This document shows, one piece after another, positions 9,698 through 18,859 of a stretch of 64,000 nucleotides of DNA. This stretch comes from Bacilli bacterium (lineage in GTDB: Bacteria > Bacillota_I > Bacilli_A > RFN20 > CAG-826). Below the pieces are notes generated by a model that worked only from the letters and a program-made list of their open reading frames with translations, was not told where the DNA came from and searched no databases. The number at the start of each line of letters is the position of its first letter. The stretch's first letter is position 1. The stretch lies in the NCBI GenBank assembly GCA_900767825.1, contig CAAGAN010000033.1, forward strand, positions 128,533-192,532, read 5' to 3'. Made by a program: the position numbers and the translations under genes.

Positions 9698-11121
9698 TTA
9701 CTCTCCTCCTTTAGGATACAAGATCCTTCTCCATCATAATTAACTTCTAGAGGAGATATGTTTAATTTATCAGCCAACAAGAATAACACCTTGCTTTGGC
9801 AGAAGCCACCTTGGCACTTACCAAATCCAGCACGGGTCCTTTTCTTAACGGCTTTTATGGTTAAGCAAGGGAGAGATCTAGATAAGACGTCTTCTATCTC
9901 ACCAAGGCTAATCTTTTCGCAATTACAAATCATCTGCCCAAATTTTGGGTTTTTCTTGATAATTTCGTTTCTTTCTTCAATAGAAAGATCGTTCATCTTG
10001 ATATAAGGCTTGATATTTGGATTGAAATTATCCTTTTCCTTCATATTAAGTACTGGTTTGACCAATTCTTCGACCACATATTTTCCAATCGCTGGAGAAG
10101 ATGCTAATCCAGGGCTTTCAATTCCGGCGACATTGATGAAATATTTATCATTTTTAGAATAGGAAATAATGAAATCATGTGTCGATGGAGTTGCCCTTAA
10201 TCCTGAGAAAGTCCTGATTTGTTCATAAAATGGAATAGATGGAACCATTGAAATCGCAGATTTCTTTACTTCACCTAAAGTTAATGAATCAGTTGAAGTA
10301 TCGTCTTTAGAATCAACAAATTCGCTAGAAGGGCCAACTAGATAGTTATTTGAAGTCGTTCTAGTTACTAAGATTCCCTTTCCTTTTTCAGTTGGAAGTG
10401 GGAATAAGACATGGTTTACAAAGTCTGATTTAAAGTGATCCAAGACATAATATTCGCCTTTTCTAGGAGATATATGCCAATCAATTGGCTCAACCATCGA
10501 GGCAATCTTATCAGCATAAAGCCCAGCACAGTTAATAACCATCTTTGCTTTATAGATTCCTTTTGTAGTCTCTAAAACATAGATGCCATCTTCTTTTTTA
10601 ATAGAAGTAACCTTGCAATTAAGTTCTAGCTTTGCCCCATTATCTAAGGCGTTTTCAAAGCAATGGGCAACTAAAGTAAATGGATTAATAATTCCAGCAG
10701 TTGGACATAATAAGCTTCCCATGACCGAAGAAGAAATATTAGGTTCTAATTTTAAGGTTTCTTCTTTGTCTAATAGAATTGCTTCGACTCCATTTTCCTT
10801 AGCTCTTTCTTTTAAAGAAGCCAAGGTAGCCATATTTTCTTCATTAAATCCTAAAGTCATTGAGCCAATCGGAGAAAAGGAAACATCCAACTCCTTGCAA
10901 ATGGAAGGATACATCTTATTTCCTAACACATTAAATTTAGCCTTATTCGTGCCAGGAAGAGGATCATATCCAGAATGGACGATGGCGGAATTAGCCATCG
11001 AGGAAACATCCCCTACATCATTTTTAGCCTCAAGACAAATTACATTCAATTCGTATCTAGAGAGGTTCCTAGTTACGAATGCACCACTAACTCCAGCGCC
11101 AATTACAATTACGTCAAACAT
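9694..11121 (-). CDS. FAD-dependent glycerol-3-phosphate dehydrogenase/oxidase-like protein with a BFD-like [2Fe-2S] C-terminal domain
   Basis: MFDVIVIGAGVSGA at the ATG at 11121. The ORF track extends to a TTG at 11142. C-terminal ICNCEKISLGEIEDV ... CQGGFC. No Shine-Dalgarno sequence before either start. Confidence 0.8.
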   Translation of the reverse strand: MFDVIVIGAGVSGAFVTRNLSRYELNVICLEAKNDVGDVSSMANSAIVHSGYDPLPGTNKAKFNVLGNKMYPSICKELDVSFSPIGSMTLGFNEENMATLASLKERAKENGVEAILLDKEETLKLEPNISSSVMGSLLCPTAGIINPFTLVAHCFENALDNGAKLELNCKVTSIKKEDGIYVLETTKGIYKAKMVINCAGLYADKIASMVEPIDWHISPRKGEYYVLDHFKSDFVNHVLFPLPTEKGKGILVTRTTSNNYLVGPSSEFVDSKDDTSTDSLTLGEVKKSAISMVPSIPFYEQIRTFSGLRATPSTHDFIISYSKNDKYFINVAGIESPGLASSPAIGKYVVEELVKPVLNMKEKDNFNPNIKPYIKMNDLSIEERNEIIKKNPKFGQMICNCEKISLGEIEDVLSRSLPCLTIKAVKKRTRAGFGKCQGGFCQSKVLFLLADKLNISPLEVNYDGEGSCILKEESK

Positions 11122-11277
11122 ATTGACTATAGTATAGCCCAAAACAGGGGTTTTAAGATAGAGAAAAGGATTATTTTTTTAGACAATTGTACCCTTTTGT
11201 AAATATTTAACTAATTTGCCTAAATTTAGGGATTTTATCTATTTCATTACTAGGATAGTTAAATTAAAATTAACTCC

Positions 11278-12375
11278 ATGATAAAAAAGAAACTTAGAAA
11301 ATATATTGAACAATTAGCAAAAAACGAAGCGTTTGATGAAGAAAGCGATTATCATGCTAATGTATTGTTTGAAGTTGATCAAAAGTCATTCTCTTCAAAA
11401 TTAAAAGATAGGCTACCATCAAATAAAAACATAAATATCATCTATAACGAAGTTGCCTCGACTCTACTTGAACTTGATAAAGATAGTTCTTCTTATTTAT
11501 CTAGCTTGCCTTTTCTAGATATAGCAGAAATTAATCCATCTTTATTAGAAGATAACCCTTATTACCAAAAGCTAATCAATAAATCTTCTAGCAAATATAA
11601 AGATATAGAATTTGGATTTGATTATTTTTATCCTTATGTCCCATTTCTTTTAGATGAAAAGATAATAGGAGATGATTATAAATGTCATTCTCCTTTTGGC
11701 TATTTTTCTAAACGTATCAAATATCCTTTGATTAGGAAAAACGGGGCAAACTGGATGGAATTAGTCCCACACGAAATCAATTCGATGGAAAGCGATATAA
11801 AAAAAGCCAAGGGAAATATATTGGTTGTTGGACTTGGGCTAGGTTATTTTGCCTATATGGCATCAAATAAGAAAGAAGTTAGTTCAGTTACCATTTTAGA
11901 AAAAGACAATGATATCATCGAAGTATTTAATTCATGCCTGCTTGATGAATTTGAAAATAAAGACAAGATTAAGATTATTAACGACGATGCTTTGACCTAT
12001 CTAGATTATCCTAAATATGATTTTGTCTATATCGATATTTATAGGGATGAAGCAGACGGTCTTCCTCTAGTAGGCAAATTATTAAATAATCCAAAATTGC
12101 CCCTAGATACCTCTTTTTGGTTTATTTCTTCCTTATGCGTCTATCTAAGAAGATTTGTCATTGTCTCGCTTGAAATAGCCTCTAATCCTTCTTTTAACGA
12201 AAAAGAATATGAAGAATTCGGCAAAGATTTAAAAGATCCAACTGATGTAGACTATTTAATATATAAGATATATAAGGATTATATAAAACCAAAAGACATA
12301 AATACAAAAGAAAACATCGACTCATTGCTTAGCTTTGAATCGATGCTAGGTTTATTGAAGGATTTATTTAAATAA
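11278..12375 (+). CDS. hypothetical protein with spermidine-synthase-like / class I SAM-methyltransferase fold in its C-terminal half
   Basis: 365 aa. GNILVVGLGLGYFAYMAS ... VTILEKDNDIIEV ... IINDDALTYL ... YDFVYIDIY follows the PABS/MTase strand order. The N-terminal 170 aa are unrecognised. Confidence 0.5.
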   Translation: MIKKKLRKYIEQLAKNEAFDEESDYHANVLFEVDQKSFSSKLKDRLPSNKNINIIYNEVASTLLELDKDSSSYLSSLPFLDIAEINPSLLEDNPYYQKLINKSSSKYKDIEFGFDYFYPYVPFLLDEKIIGDDYKCHSPFGYFSKRIKYPLIRKNGANWMELVPHEINSMESDIKKAKGNILVVGLGLGYFAYMASNKKEVSSVTILEKDNDIIEVFNSCLLDEFENKDKIKIINDDALTYLDYPKYDFVYIDIYRDEADGLPLVGKLLNNPKLPLDTSFWFISSLCVYLRRFVIVSLEIASNPSFNEKEYEEFGKDLKDPTDVDYLIYKIYKDYIKPKDINTKENIDSLLSFESMLGLLKDLFK

Positions 12376-12966
12376 GTTAGAAACCATCTCTACTAATTGC
12401 TTGATGTCGGTATAGGAAGTATTGATCATCAAATCATAATTATTCCTATCACTCCATTTCTTATTAGTCGCGAATGTATAGAATCTTGCCCTACCTTTAT
12501 CGACCTTCTTTATTTTTCTAGCCATTTGCTTCCTGCTATATTTTTCTTTATCGGTTTCTCTTTCTAGGCATCTATCAATTCTAGAATCCAAACAAGCATA
12601 GACAAATATGGAGAAAGGCTTATATTCACGTAAAACATAGTCGGCAGCCCTGCCAATAATGACACAATTGCTCTTTTCCGCCATTTTCTTTAAAGTATTG
12701 ACCTGAGCTTTATATACATCCATTGCCATCGAAACACTTGGATCAGGCCCCAAAGAGAAAGAATTGCCATATCTAATTGGGAATAGCGGGATTGGGTCTT
12801 TTTCGGAGACTTGTTCGATATATTCCCTTGAATAAGGGGTGCCTTCACAAATTTGGTTGATAATTTCCAAATCATAATAGGCATAGCCAAGTTTCTCGGC
12901 TAGCCTTCTACCAAATTCTCTACCCCCTGAACCGAATTCTCTTCCGATACAAATGATTTTATGCAT
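12364..12966 (-). CDS. cytidylate-kinase-like family protein
   Basis: 200 aa. ICIGREFGSGGREFGRRLAEKLGYAYYD is the hallmark N-terminus of this family. Confidence 0.7.
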   Translation of the reverse strand: MHKIICIGREFGSGGREFGRRLAEKLGYAYYDLEIINQICEGTPYSREYIEQVSEKDPIPLFPIRYGNSFSLGPDPSVSMAMDVYKAQVNTLKKMAEKSNCVIIGRAADYVLREYKPFSIFVYACLDSRIDRCLERETDKEKYSRKQMARKIKKVDKGRARFYTFATNKKWSDRNNYDLMINTSYTDIKQLVEMVSNLFK

Positions 12967-13014
12967 ATATTTCCCTCTTGCTATCTTTATTTTAAGACAA
13001 AATTAAAATAAATA

Positions 13015-13045
13015 AACTTAAAAAGGAGCAAGTTGCCTTGCTCCT
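13015..13045 (-). terminator. rho-independent terminator of pnp
   Basis: Perfect 9-bp stem AGGAGCAAG/CTTGCTCCT (13024-13045) with a 4-nt loop, followed on the minus strand by TTTTTAA. Confidence 0.8.
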
Positions 13046-13051
13046 TATCTA

Positions 13052-15259
13052 TTAACGTCTATTTGGCTTGGAAGAATGTCCGTGGAATTTAGAGGAATGG
13101 TTATCTTTCCTTGGGCCCTTGTCGTCTTTTTCGACATAGCCTTCTGGCTTTTCCTCGAATTCGCGGTGGCTTAATTTGATCTTTCCTTTTTCATCAAGTC
13201 CGATGACGACAACTTTTAATGTATCGCCGACTTTGATGATCTTGGAAGCATCATCAACATAGCCCCATTTCAATCTAGATACATGGCATAATCCATCGGT
13301 ATCGCCGAATAGATTTACAAAAGCCCCGTAATCTTCGACTCTAGTGACTTTTCCTTCGAATATTTCGCCAACTTTGGCTTCCCTAACTATATCATCGATA
13401 ATGGCTTTTGCCTTAACAAGCATTTCCTTATCGGTGTGATAGATAGTGATGGTTCCATCTTCTTCGACATCAATCTTGACTTGGTTGCATCTAGCAATGA
13501 TGTCATTGATGACTTTGCCACCTTGACCGATGACATCTCTAATCTTATCGACATCAATCTTGAAGGTAACCATCTTTGGAGCATATTTAGAAACTTCTTC
13601 TCTTGGAGCAGGAATACAAGCAGCCATGGCATTTCTAATTTCAGCCCTGGCTTTATTGGCTTGGGCAAGTGCTTCGGATAAAACTTCACGCGTAACACCG
13701 TGGATCTTGATATCCATTTGGAGGGCAGTTAAGCCTTTTTCGGTACCGGCACACTTGAAGTCCATATCACCGAAGTGATCTTCTAGACCTTGGATATCGG
13801 TTAAGATGGTATAAGGATGCTTTCCATCTAATGGACCAGAAGTAATTAATCCCATGGCAATACCAGAGACAATTCCCTTTATCGGGACACCTGCTGCCAT
13901 AAGCGACATGCAGTTAGCGCAGATACTAGCTTGGCTAGAAGAGCCATTAGATTCGCAAACATCGGCAACACATCTAATTGTATATGGAAATTCTTCTTCG
14001 CTTGGAAGGACATAAGATAAGGCTCTTTCGCCTAATTTACCATGTCCGATTTCCCTTCTTCCTGGAGCACCCATTCTTCCGATTTCACCAACTGAATATG
14101 GTGGGAAGTTATAATGATGCATGAATCTTCTTTCGGTCTCGCCGGTAAGATTATCGATTAATTGCTTATCAGAAAGAGGCCCTAAAGTTGTAGTTCCGAT
14201 GACTTGGGTTTGTCCACGGGTGAACATAGCACTTCCATGGGCGCGTGGTAGTAAGTCGACTTGGCAATCTAGAGGACGGATTTCATCAACTTTTCTTCCA
14301 TCTGGTCTAACCTTGTCTTCAGTGATTAAACGTCTAACTTCAGCAGCGACCATTCCTTCTAGGATATCATTTACCATAAGCATGGCCATCTTGTGGTCAT
14401 GTTCATCTTCATATTCCCTAGAATCATAATCATCGATGATTTCCTTCTTCAAGGCATCGATAGCATCTTGTCTTTCTAATTTATCAAAGATAGAGATAGC
14501 CTTGACCATTCTTTCTCCGATTCTAGAATCGATGTCGGCTTTTATTGCTGGATCTGGTGCATATAAGTCGATATGACGTTTTGCTTTTCCAACCTTTGCA
14601 ATGACTTCTTTTTCAAAAGCGCATAATTTCTTGATGGCTTCAAATCCGAACATGATGGCATCAAGCATTTCTTCTTCTGGGACTTGGCTAGCACCAGCTT
14701 CGACCATCATGATGGCACTATCGGTACCAGCGACTGCTAAATCGATATCGGATTTGGCTCTTTCTTCTTCGTTTGGATCGATGATTAATTTGCCATCGAC
14801 TCTGCCAACATAAACCCCTGCTACTGGTCCATCAAATGGAATATCAGAGATGCATAAAGCCAAAGAGGCACCTAACATACCAGTCATTTCTGGGGTATTG
14901 TCAGGATCGACCGACATAACAGTAGAAACTAGTTGGACTTCATTTCTAAATCCATCAGCAAATAAAGGACGGATTGGTCTATCGATAAGTCTAGCTGCTA
15001 AAGTAGCATGTTCACCAGCTCTGCCTTCTCTTCTAAGGAAGGAGCCTGGAATCTTACCAACGGCATATTGCTTTTCTTCATAATTTACGGTCAAGGGGAA
15101 GAAATCACCCTCTTTAGGTTCGTCGGCGCAGCAAGCAGTAGCCAAAACTACTGTTTCACCAAAACGAACAAGGACTGAACCATCAGCCTGTTTTGCGATT
15201 TCGCCAGTTTCAACGCTAAGAGTGCGCCCGGCGAATTCTGTTTCAAATACTTGTTTCAT
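13052..15259 (-). CDS. pnp: polyribonucleotide nucleotidyltransferase (PNPase)
   Basis: 735 aa. Two RNase PH domains, a KH domain (VIGQGGKVINDI), an S1 domain (GKVTRVEDYGAFVNL) and a basic C-terminal tail. Confidence 0.95.
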   Translation of the reverse strand: MKQVFETEFAGRTLSVETGEIAKQADGSVLVRFGETVVLATACCADEPKEGDFFPLTVNYEEKQYAVGKIPGSFLRREGRAGEHATLAARLIDRPIRPLFADGFRNEVQLVSTVMSVDPDNTPEMTGMLGASLALCISDIPFDGPVAGVYVGRVDGKLIIDPNEEERAKSDIDLAVAGTDSAIMMVEAGASQVPEEEMLDAIMFGFEAIKKLCAFEKEVIAKVGKAKRHIDLYAPDPAIKADIDSRIGERMVKAISIFDKLERQDAIDALKKEIIDDYDSREYEDEHDHKMAMLMVNDILEGMVAAEVRRLITEDKVRPDGRKVDEIRPLDCQVDLLPRAHGSAMFTRGQTQVIGTTTLGPLSDKQLIDNLTGETERRFMHHYNFPPYSVGEIGRMGAPGRREIGHGKLGERALSYVLPSEEEFPYTIRCVADVCESNGSSSQASICANCMSLMAAGVPIKGIVSGIAMGLITSGPLDGKHPYTILTDIQGLEDHFGDMDFKCAGTEKGLTALQMDIKIHGVTREVLSEALAQANKARAEIRNAMAACIPAPREEVSKYAPKMVTFKIDVDKIRDVIGQGGKVINDIIARCNQVKIDVEEDGTITIYHTDKEMLVKAKAIIDDIVREAKVGEIFEGKVTRVEDYGAFVNLFGDTDGLCHVSRLKWGYVDDASKIIKVGDTLKVVVIGLDEKGKIKLSHREFEEKPEGYVEKDDKGPRKDNHSSKFHGHSSKPNRR

Positions 15260-15408
15260 TCTTTTTTTCTTTCCTAATTTAATTTCAAACGCGAATATAT
15301 TAACACCCTTTATGTTCCATAAAAAGGAGAAAAGAAGGAAGAAGTCATATTTCGAGATAATATATCCATATTCTTGCTTTTATTTAGTTTCAAATAAATA
15401 ATAAATGC

Positions 15409-17802
15409 ATGGCTTTACTTGGTTATGCAATTTTATTGCCCTTAATAGTTATCATTCTTCATTACTCGATATTGATTTTATTTAGATTCATCAAGAAAAA
15501 AGAAATCTTTAATAAAGAAGAAATCAAACCTTTGCTTATTAATTCAATATCGGCGATTTTACTTACATTCATCTTTTCATTAGTCGTCACTTTTTGTTTT
15601 GGTGATATAACTTTGCTAAATGGGATTATTTATCTTTCTAGCGTTAGCTTAATTGCTTTCTACATCAATCCAAATTGGATATATAAGAAAATAATAAGCA
15701 AAGAGATTTTTAGTCAAGATAACAGGCTTAAAACAATTCGCATTTCATTAATTCTATTAAACTTATTGCTAGAAACATTTGCTTTCAATGCCAGGGCTTA
15801 TAAAACTAATAGCAATCCGATTTCAATAGATTTTTCTTCCTCTTCATTAAAAGTAAGCGATGGAAAAACAAAGGATAACAAATGGACTTATGAAGGTAAG
15901 GAAGCAAGCCTAGTTTATACTATTGATAATGAACAAATAAAAAAGGCAAATACAGTTAGGCTAGATTTTGTTAATCCGACTAGTTTTGGCTTAAAAGTTA
16001 CCATCAATGGATTAAAAAATAACAAACTACAATATGAATATTCCTATCAATTGAATCCAGTTGTCTATGAACATAACCAACTTGGATTACCTAAAGGTGA
16101 TTTTGATTCATATAAATTCAAATTTGAATTAGATGCAATGGCACGTCCTAATATCGGCGATTATGCAGGTACTTATAATTCCATAACACTGTCTTCTATT
16201 ACTTTCGACGCGCCTAATGCATTCCATTTCTCTTTATTAAGGTTTTCTTTAATCTTGCTTGCAATTATTTCAATCAGCGAAGTGCCTTCTTTATCTAAAA
16301 AATATGTCTTAACTAGAGAAGAAAATAAATCCCCGATTAGAAAATATCAATTAGGGATAATAGGTGGAGGAATATTGTTATTTATCGGCTCTCTTATATA
16401 TGTATTTATCCAAAGTAAATCGATGTTATCTAGTTATCCTTTAGTTAACGGAGTCGAAAAATATGACATGTATACTCAGTTATTCGACGCGCTTAAAAAG
16501 GGGCAAGTAAATATAGATTTGCCATATTCAGCAACCCAAAAATATTGGGATCATGCATATTATAACGAAAATATATATGTCTATTTCGGGGTATGGCCGG
16601 TTATATTTATATCTTTCCCATTCTATTTCATATTCGGAAAAGTTCCCAATGCAATGGGACTAGAAATAATTGGATTTAGCCTTTATATCCCCTTCTTTTT
16701 CCTTTTAATTACCGAATTAATCAATCAATTTGATAAAAAAGCCAATAGCAAAGTAATTGGATTCCTCCTTTTTTCTAGCTTTTTCCTATCTTTATCAATA
16801 ATGAGCGTTACTTATAAAAGATATTGGATGAATATAAATAATCCAGTAGTCGAGGCTAATTACCATGTACCTCTTATATATGGATTAATGCATATGGATG
16901 CTTTCTTATTATTTACTATTTTAGGTTATAGCAACGCTAAATATAGGAAATTCTATTTTCCTTTAGCAGGTTTTTCCTTTGCTTCAATAGTTGCAACTAG
17001 GCCAAATCTGGCTTTGATAATATTGATTGCAGCCCCGTTATTTATTCTTCCATTGGTTAAAGAATATAAAAACTACAAAAAGAATCTTTTAGATTATCTT
17101 CCCATGCTTGGGGTTTTATTAATTGGGGCCATATTAATAATGAAATATAATAAGGATAGATTCGATTCAGTCCTTGAATTTGGAGCAAGATATCAACATA
17201 CAGTCGCCGATATGACAAATATGGGGCTAAATCCAAAAGCCTTGTTGCCTGGATTAGCCCATTATTTCTTCAATCCATTTTCAATAAACCTAAATACCCA
17301 TTTCCCATTCATTTATTGCACGAATCCTAGATTTAGTAGCGATATAAAAGACTATTCAACTTACCTAAATGGAGGGATTGGATTACTTTTCATCCCTGCT
17401 TTCTTTGGAATGTTACTTAATCCTTTTGTCAAATACAAAAAAGGGAGCGATGATTTAGGATTGACCTTATTGCGTCAATTGATGTTGCCTTGTTTAATTA
17501 TATTTACCATGGTCAATTATGCTTTGGCAGGCATCTGCCCTAGATATATGATTGAACCATATCATCTAGCCACCATCGCATCTATTATCGGGTTTATTAG
17601 CTTTGCAAGAAGGTTTGAAAATCATGGCGAAATAATTGTCCCAATCTTCTTTACCTTGATTCTAACTGGGGTCATTATCACGATGAATATCAATTTCGAT
17701 CCATTCGATGGACTTACTCCAAACGACTTGAATGGGCTTAGTTTAAGAATTAGGGAAATATTCAATGATTTCAACTCTTCTCCTTATTATTCTTTCTTCT
17801 AA
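15409..17802 (+). CDS. large polytopic membrane protein with an extracytoplasmic beta-rich insert; possible GT-C-type glycosyltransferase
   Basis: 797 aa with about 16 hydrophobic segments. A roughly 140-aa non-hydrophobic insert (about residues 130-270) follows TM4. The loop YDMYTQLFDALKKGQVNIDLPY...WDHAYYNENIYVYFGVWP is reminiscent of GT-C enzymes. The family was not identified. Confidence 0.45.
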   Translation: MALLGYAILLPLIVIILHYSILILFRFIKKKEIFNKEEIKPLLINSISAILLTFIFSLVVTFCFGDITLLNGIIYLSSVSLIAFYINPNWIYKKIISKEIFSQDNRLKTIRISLILLNLLLETFAFNARAYKTNSNPISIDFSSSSLKVSDGKTKDNKWTYEGKEASLVYTIDNEQIKKANTVRLDFVNPTSFGLKVTINGLKNNKLQYEYSYQLNPVVYEHNQLGLPKGDFDSYKFKFELDAMARPNIGDYAGTYNSITLSSITFDAPNAFHFSLLRFSLILLAIISISEVPSLSKKYVLTREENKSPIRKYQLGIIGGGILLFIGSLIYVFIQSKSMLSSYPLVNGVEKYDMYTQLFDALKKGQVNIDLPYSATQKYWDHAYYNENIYVYFGVWPVIFISFPFYFIFGKVPNAMGLEIIGFSLYIPFFFLLITELINQFDKKANSKVIGFLLFSSFFLSLSIMSVTYKRYWMNINNPVVEANYHVPLIYGLMHMDAFLLFTILGYSNAKYRKFYFPLAGFSFASIVATRPNLALIILIAAPLFILPLVKEYKNYKKNLLDYLPMLGVLLIGAILIMKYNKDRFDSVLEFGARYQHTVADMTNMGLNPKALLPGLAHYFFNPFSINLNTHFPFIYCTNPRFSSDIKDYSTYLNGGIGLLFIPAFFGMLLNPFVKYKKGSDDLGLTLLRQLMLPCLIIFTMVNYALAGICPRYMIEPYHLATIASIIGFISFARRFENHGEIIVPIFFTLILTGVIITMNINFDPFDGLTPNDLNGLSLRIREIFNDFNSSPYYSFF

Positions 17803-17810
17803 ACAATAAA

Positions 17811-17838
17811 AAAGAGGCCTAGTTTCCTAAACCTCAAT
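17811..17838. terminator. bidirectional terminator between the 797-aa membrane gene and rpsO
   Basis: Imperfect hairpin GAGGCCTAG/CTAAACCTC (17814-17835), flanked by A6 on one side and a T-rich run on the other. On the minus strand it is followed by TTTTTTATTG. Confidence 0.55.
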
Positions 17839-17853
17839 CTTTGCTTATTAAGC

Positions 17854-18123
17854 TTATTTTCTAATTCCAAGGGAAGCAATCAAAGCAGTATAACGATCGA
17901 CATCGTTTCTAGCTAGATAATCTAGAAGGCTGCGTCTTTTGCCAACAAGAATTAGAAGTGATCTTCTAGCGGCGGCATCAGAACCATTGTTCTTAAGATG
18001 TTCAGTGAGATCTTTGATGCGTTGGGTTAGAAGGGCGATTTGGACTTCGGCAGAACCGGTGTCTTTTTCGTCTTTGCCATACTTTTTGATGATGGCAATG
18101 GTTTCTTCTTTCTTTAAAGCCAT
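17854..18123 (-). CDS. rpsO: 30S ribosomal protein S15
   Basis: 89 aa. GSAEVQIALLTQRIKDLTEHLK ... RRSLLILVGKRRSLLDYL. Confidence 0.97.
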   Translation of the reverse strand: MALKKEETIAIIKKYGKDEKDTGSAEVQIALLTQRIKDLTEHLKNNGSDAAARRSLLILVGKRRSLLDYLARNDVDRYTALIASLGIRK

Positions 18124-18204
18124 TTTATTTCTCCTTTATTTTTACTTGGCCAAATCTAAGCTTTAACTAGGAGATAGATAGAAGCAAGGATTGGCTGCGC
18201 GTAA
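18124..18204 (-). promoter_or_regulatory. rpsO 5' leader with a predicted pseudoknot that sequesters the SD (candidate S15 autoregulatory operator)
   Basis: Helix GCCAAUC (18195-18189) pairs with GAUUUGGC (18156-18149). The enclosed loop carries UCUCCU (18174-18169), which is complementary to the SD AGGAGA (18135-18130). Confidence 0.35.
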
Positions 18205-18210
18205 TATAAT

Positions 18211-18239
18211 ATATTAAAGTTAACTCGAAATACAAGCAA
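18211..18239 (-). promoter_or_regulatory. sigma-A-type promoter of rpsO
   Basis: TTGCTT (18239-18234), 17-nt spacer, TAATAT (18216-18211). Confidence 0.5.
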
Positions 18240-18243
18240 ATCT

Positions 18244-18717
18244 CTATATTTGACCATATTTTATTAGATTTCTTTCTAAATAAGAGATAGCGTAGCTAGT
18301 TTGTTCAAGATTAGCGACTGTAACAGTAATTTCAAAAACACCCTTTTTAGTAACCTTTAATTCTGTTTCGGAAATACTTTTTATCTCTTTTTCATGCTTA
18401 TCTAGTTCGTTATCTTCAAATAGATAAAAGTTGCAATTAAATGCCATTGAATAAGAAGGCACATCCATATTTTCTTTGGTTAAAGCGCCTAATTCCTCAT
18501 CATAAATAAAGAAAGATTGCATCAATTGAATTACATCTCCGCCTGAATATAAGCTTATAGAATGATGCGTTGTCTCAACTAGTTTTTCTTGACGTAAAAC
18601 ATAGAATTTATAGCTTTCATTTACGCTTGTTTCTTCCTTTTTATCGCAAGAAATCAAATTAAAAGAAGAGATGATACCCCCTGAAATTAAGATAGAATTT
18701 AAAAATATTTTCTTCAT
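18244..18717 (-). CDS. lipoprotein, function unknown
   Basis: 157 aa. Signal peptide plus lipobox NLISC. Strong RBS GGGGGAG. Confidence 0.6.
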   Translation of the reverse strand: MKKIFLNSILISGGIISSFNLISCDKKEETSVNESYKFYVLRQEKLVETTHHSISLYSGGDVIQLMQSFFIYDEELGALTKENMDVPSYSMAFNCNFYLFEDNELDKHEKEIKSISETELKVTKKGVFEITVTVANLEQTSYAISYLERNLIKYGQI

Positions 18718-18859
18718 AAAAACTCCCCCTTATAAATTTAATTTATAAAGTAGCAACAAAAATATGCAAGAGAATTTACATTTGTCGTTTCTATGTAGAT
18801 TAAAAATTTAGATAAATACAAATATATCTCTTTTGGAATATAATAACGTCTAGTTACAT

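Noticed and set aside
10583-11137. 184-aa plus-strand ORF antisense to the glpA-like gene; similar antisense ORFs at 8059-8454, 13436-13778 and 14121-15083
   Set aside because: They overlap well-supported conserved genes on the opposite strand and have no RBS or recognisable motifs.
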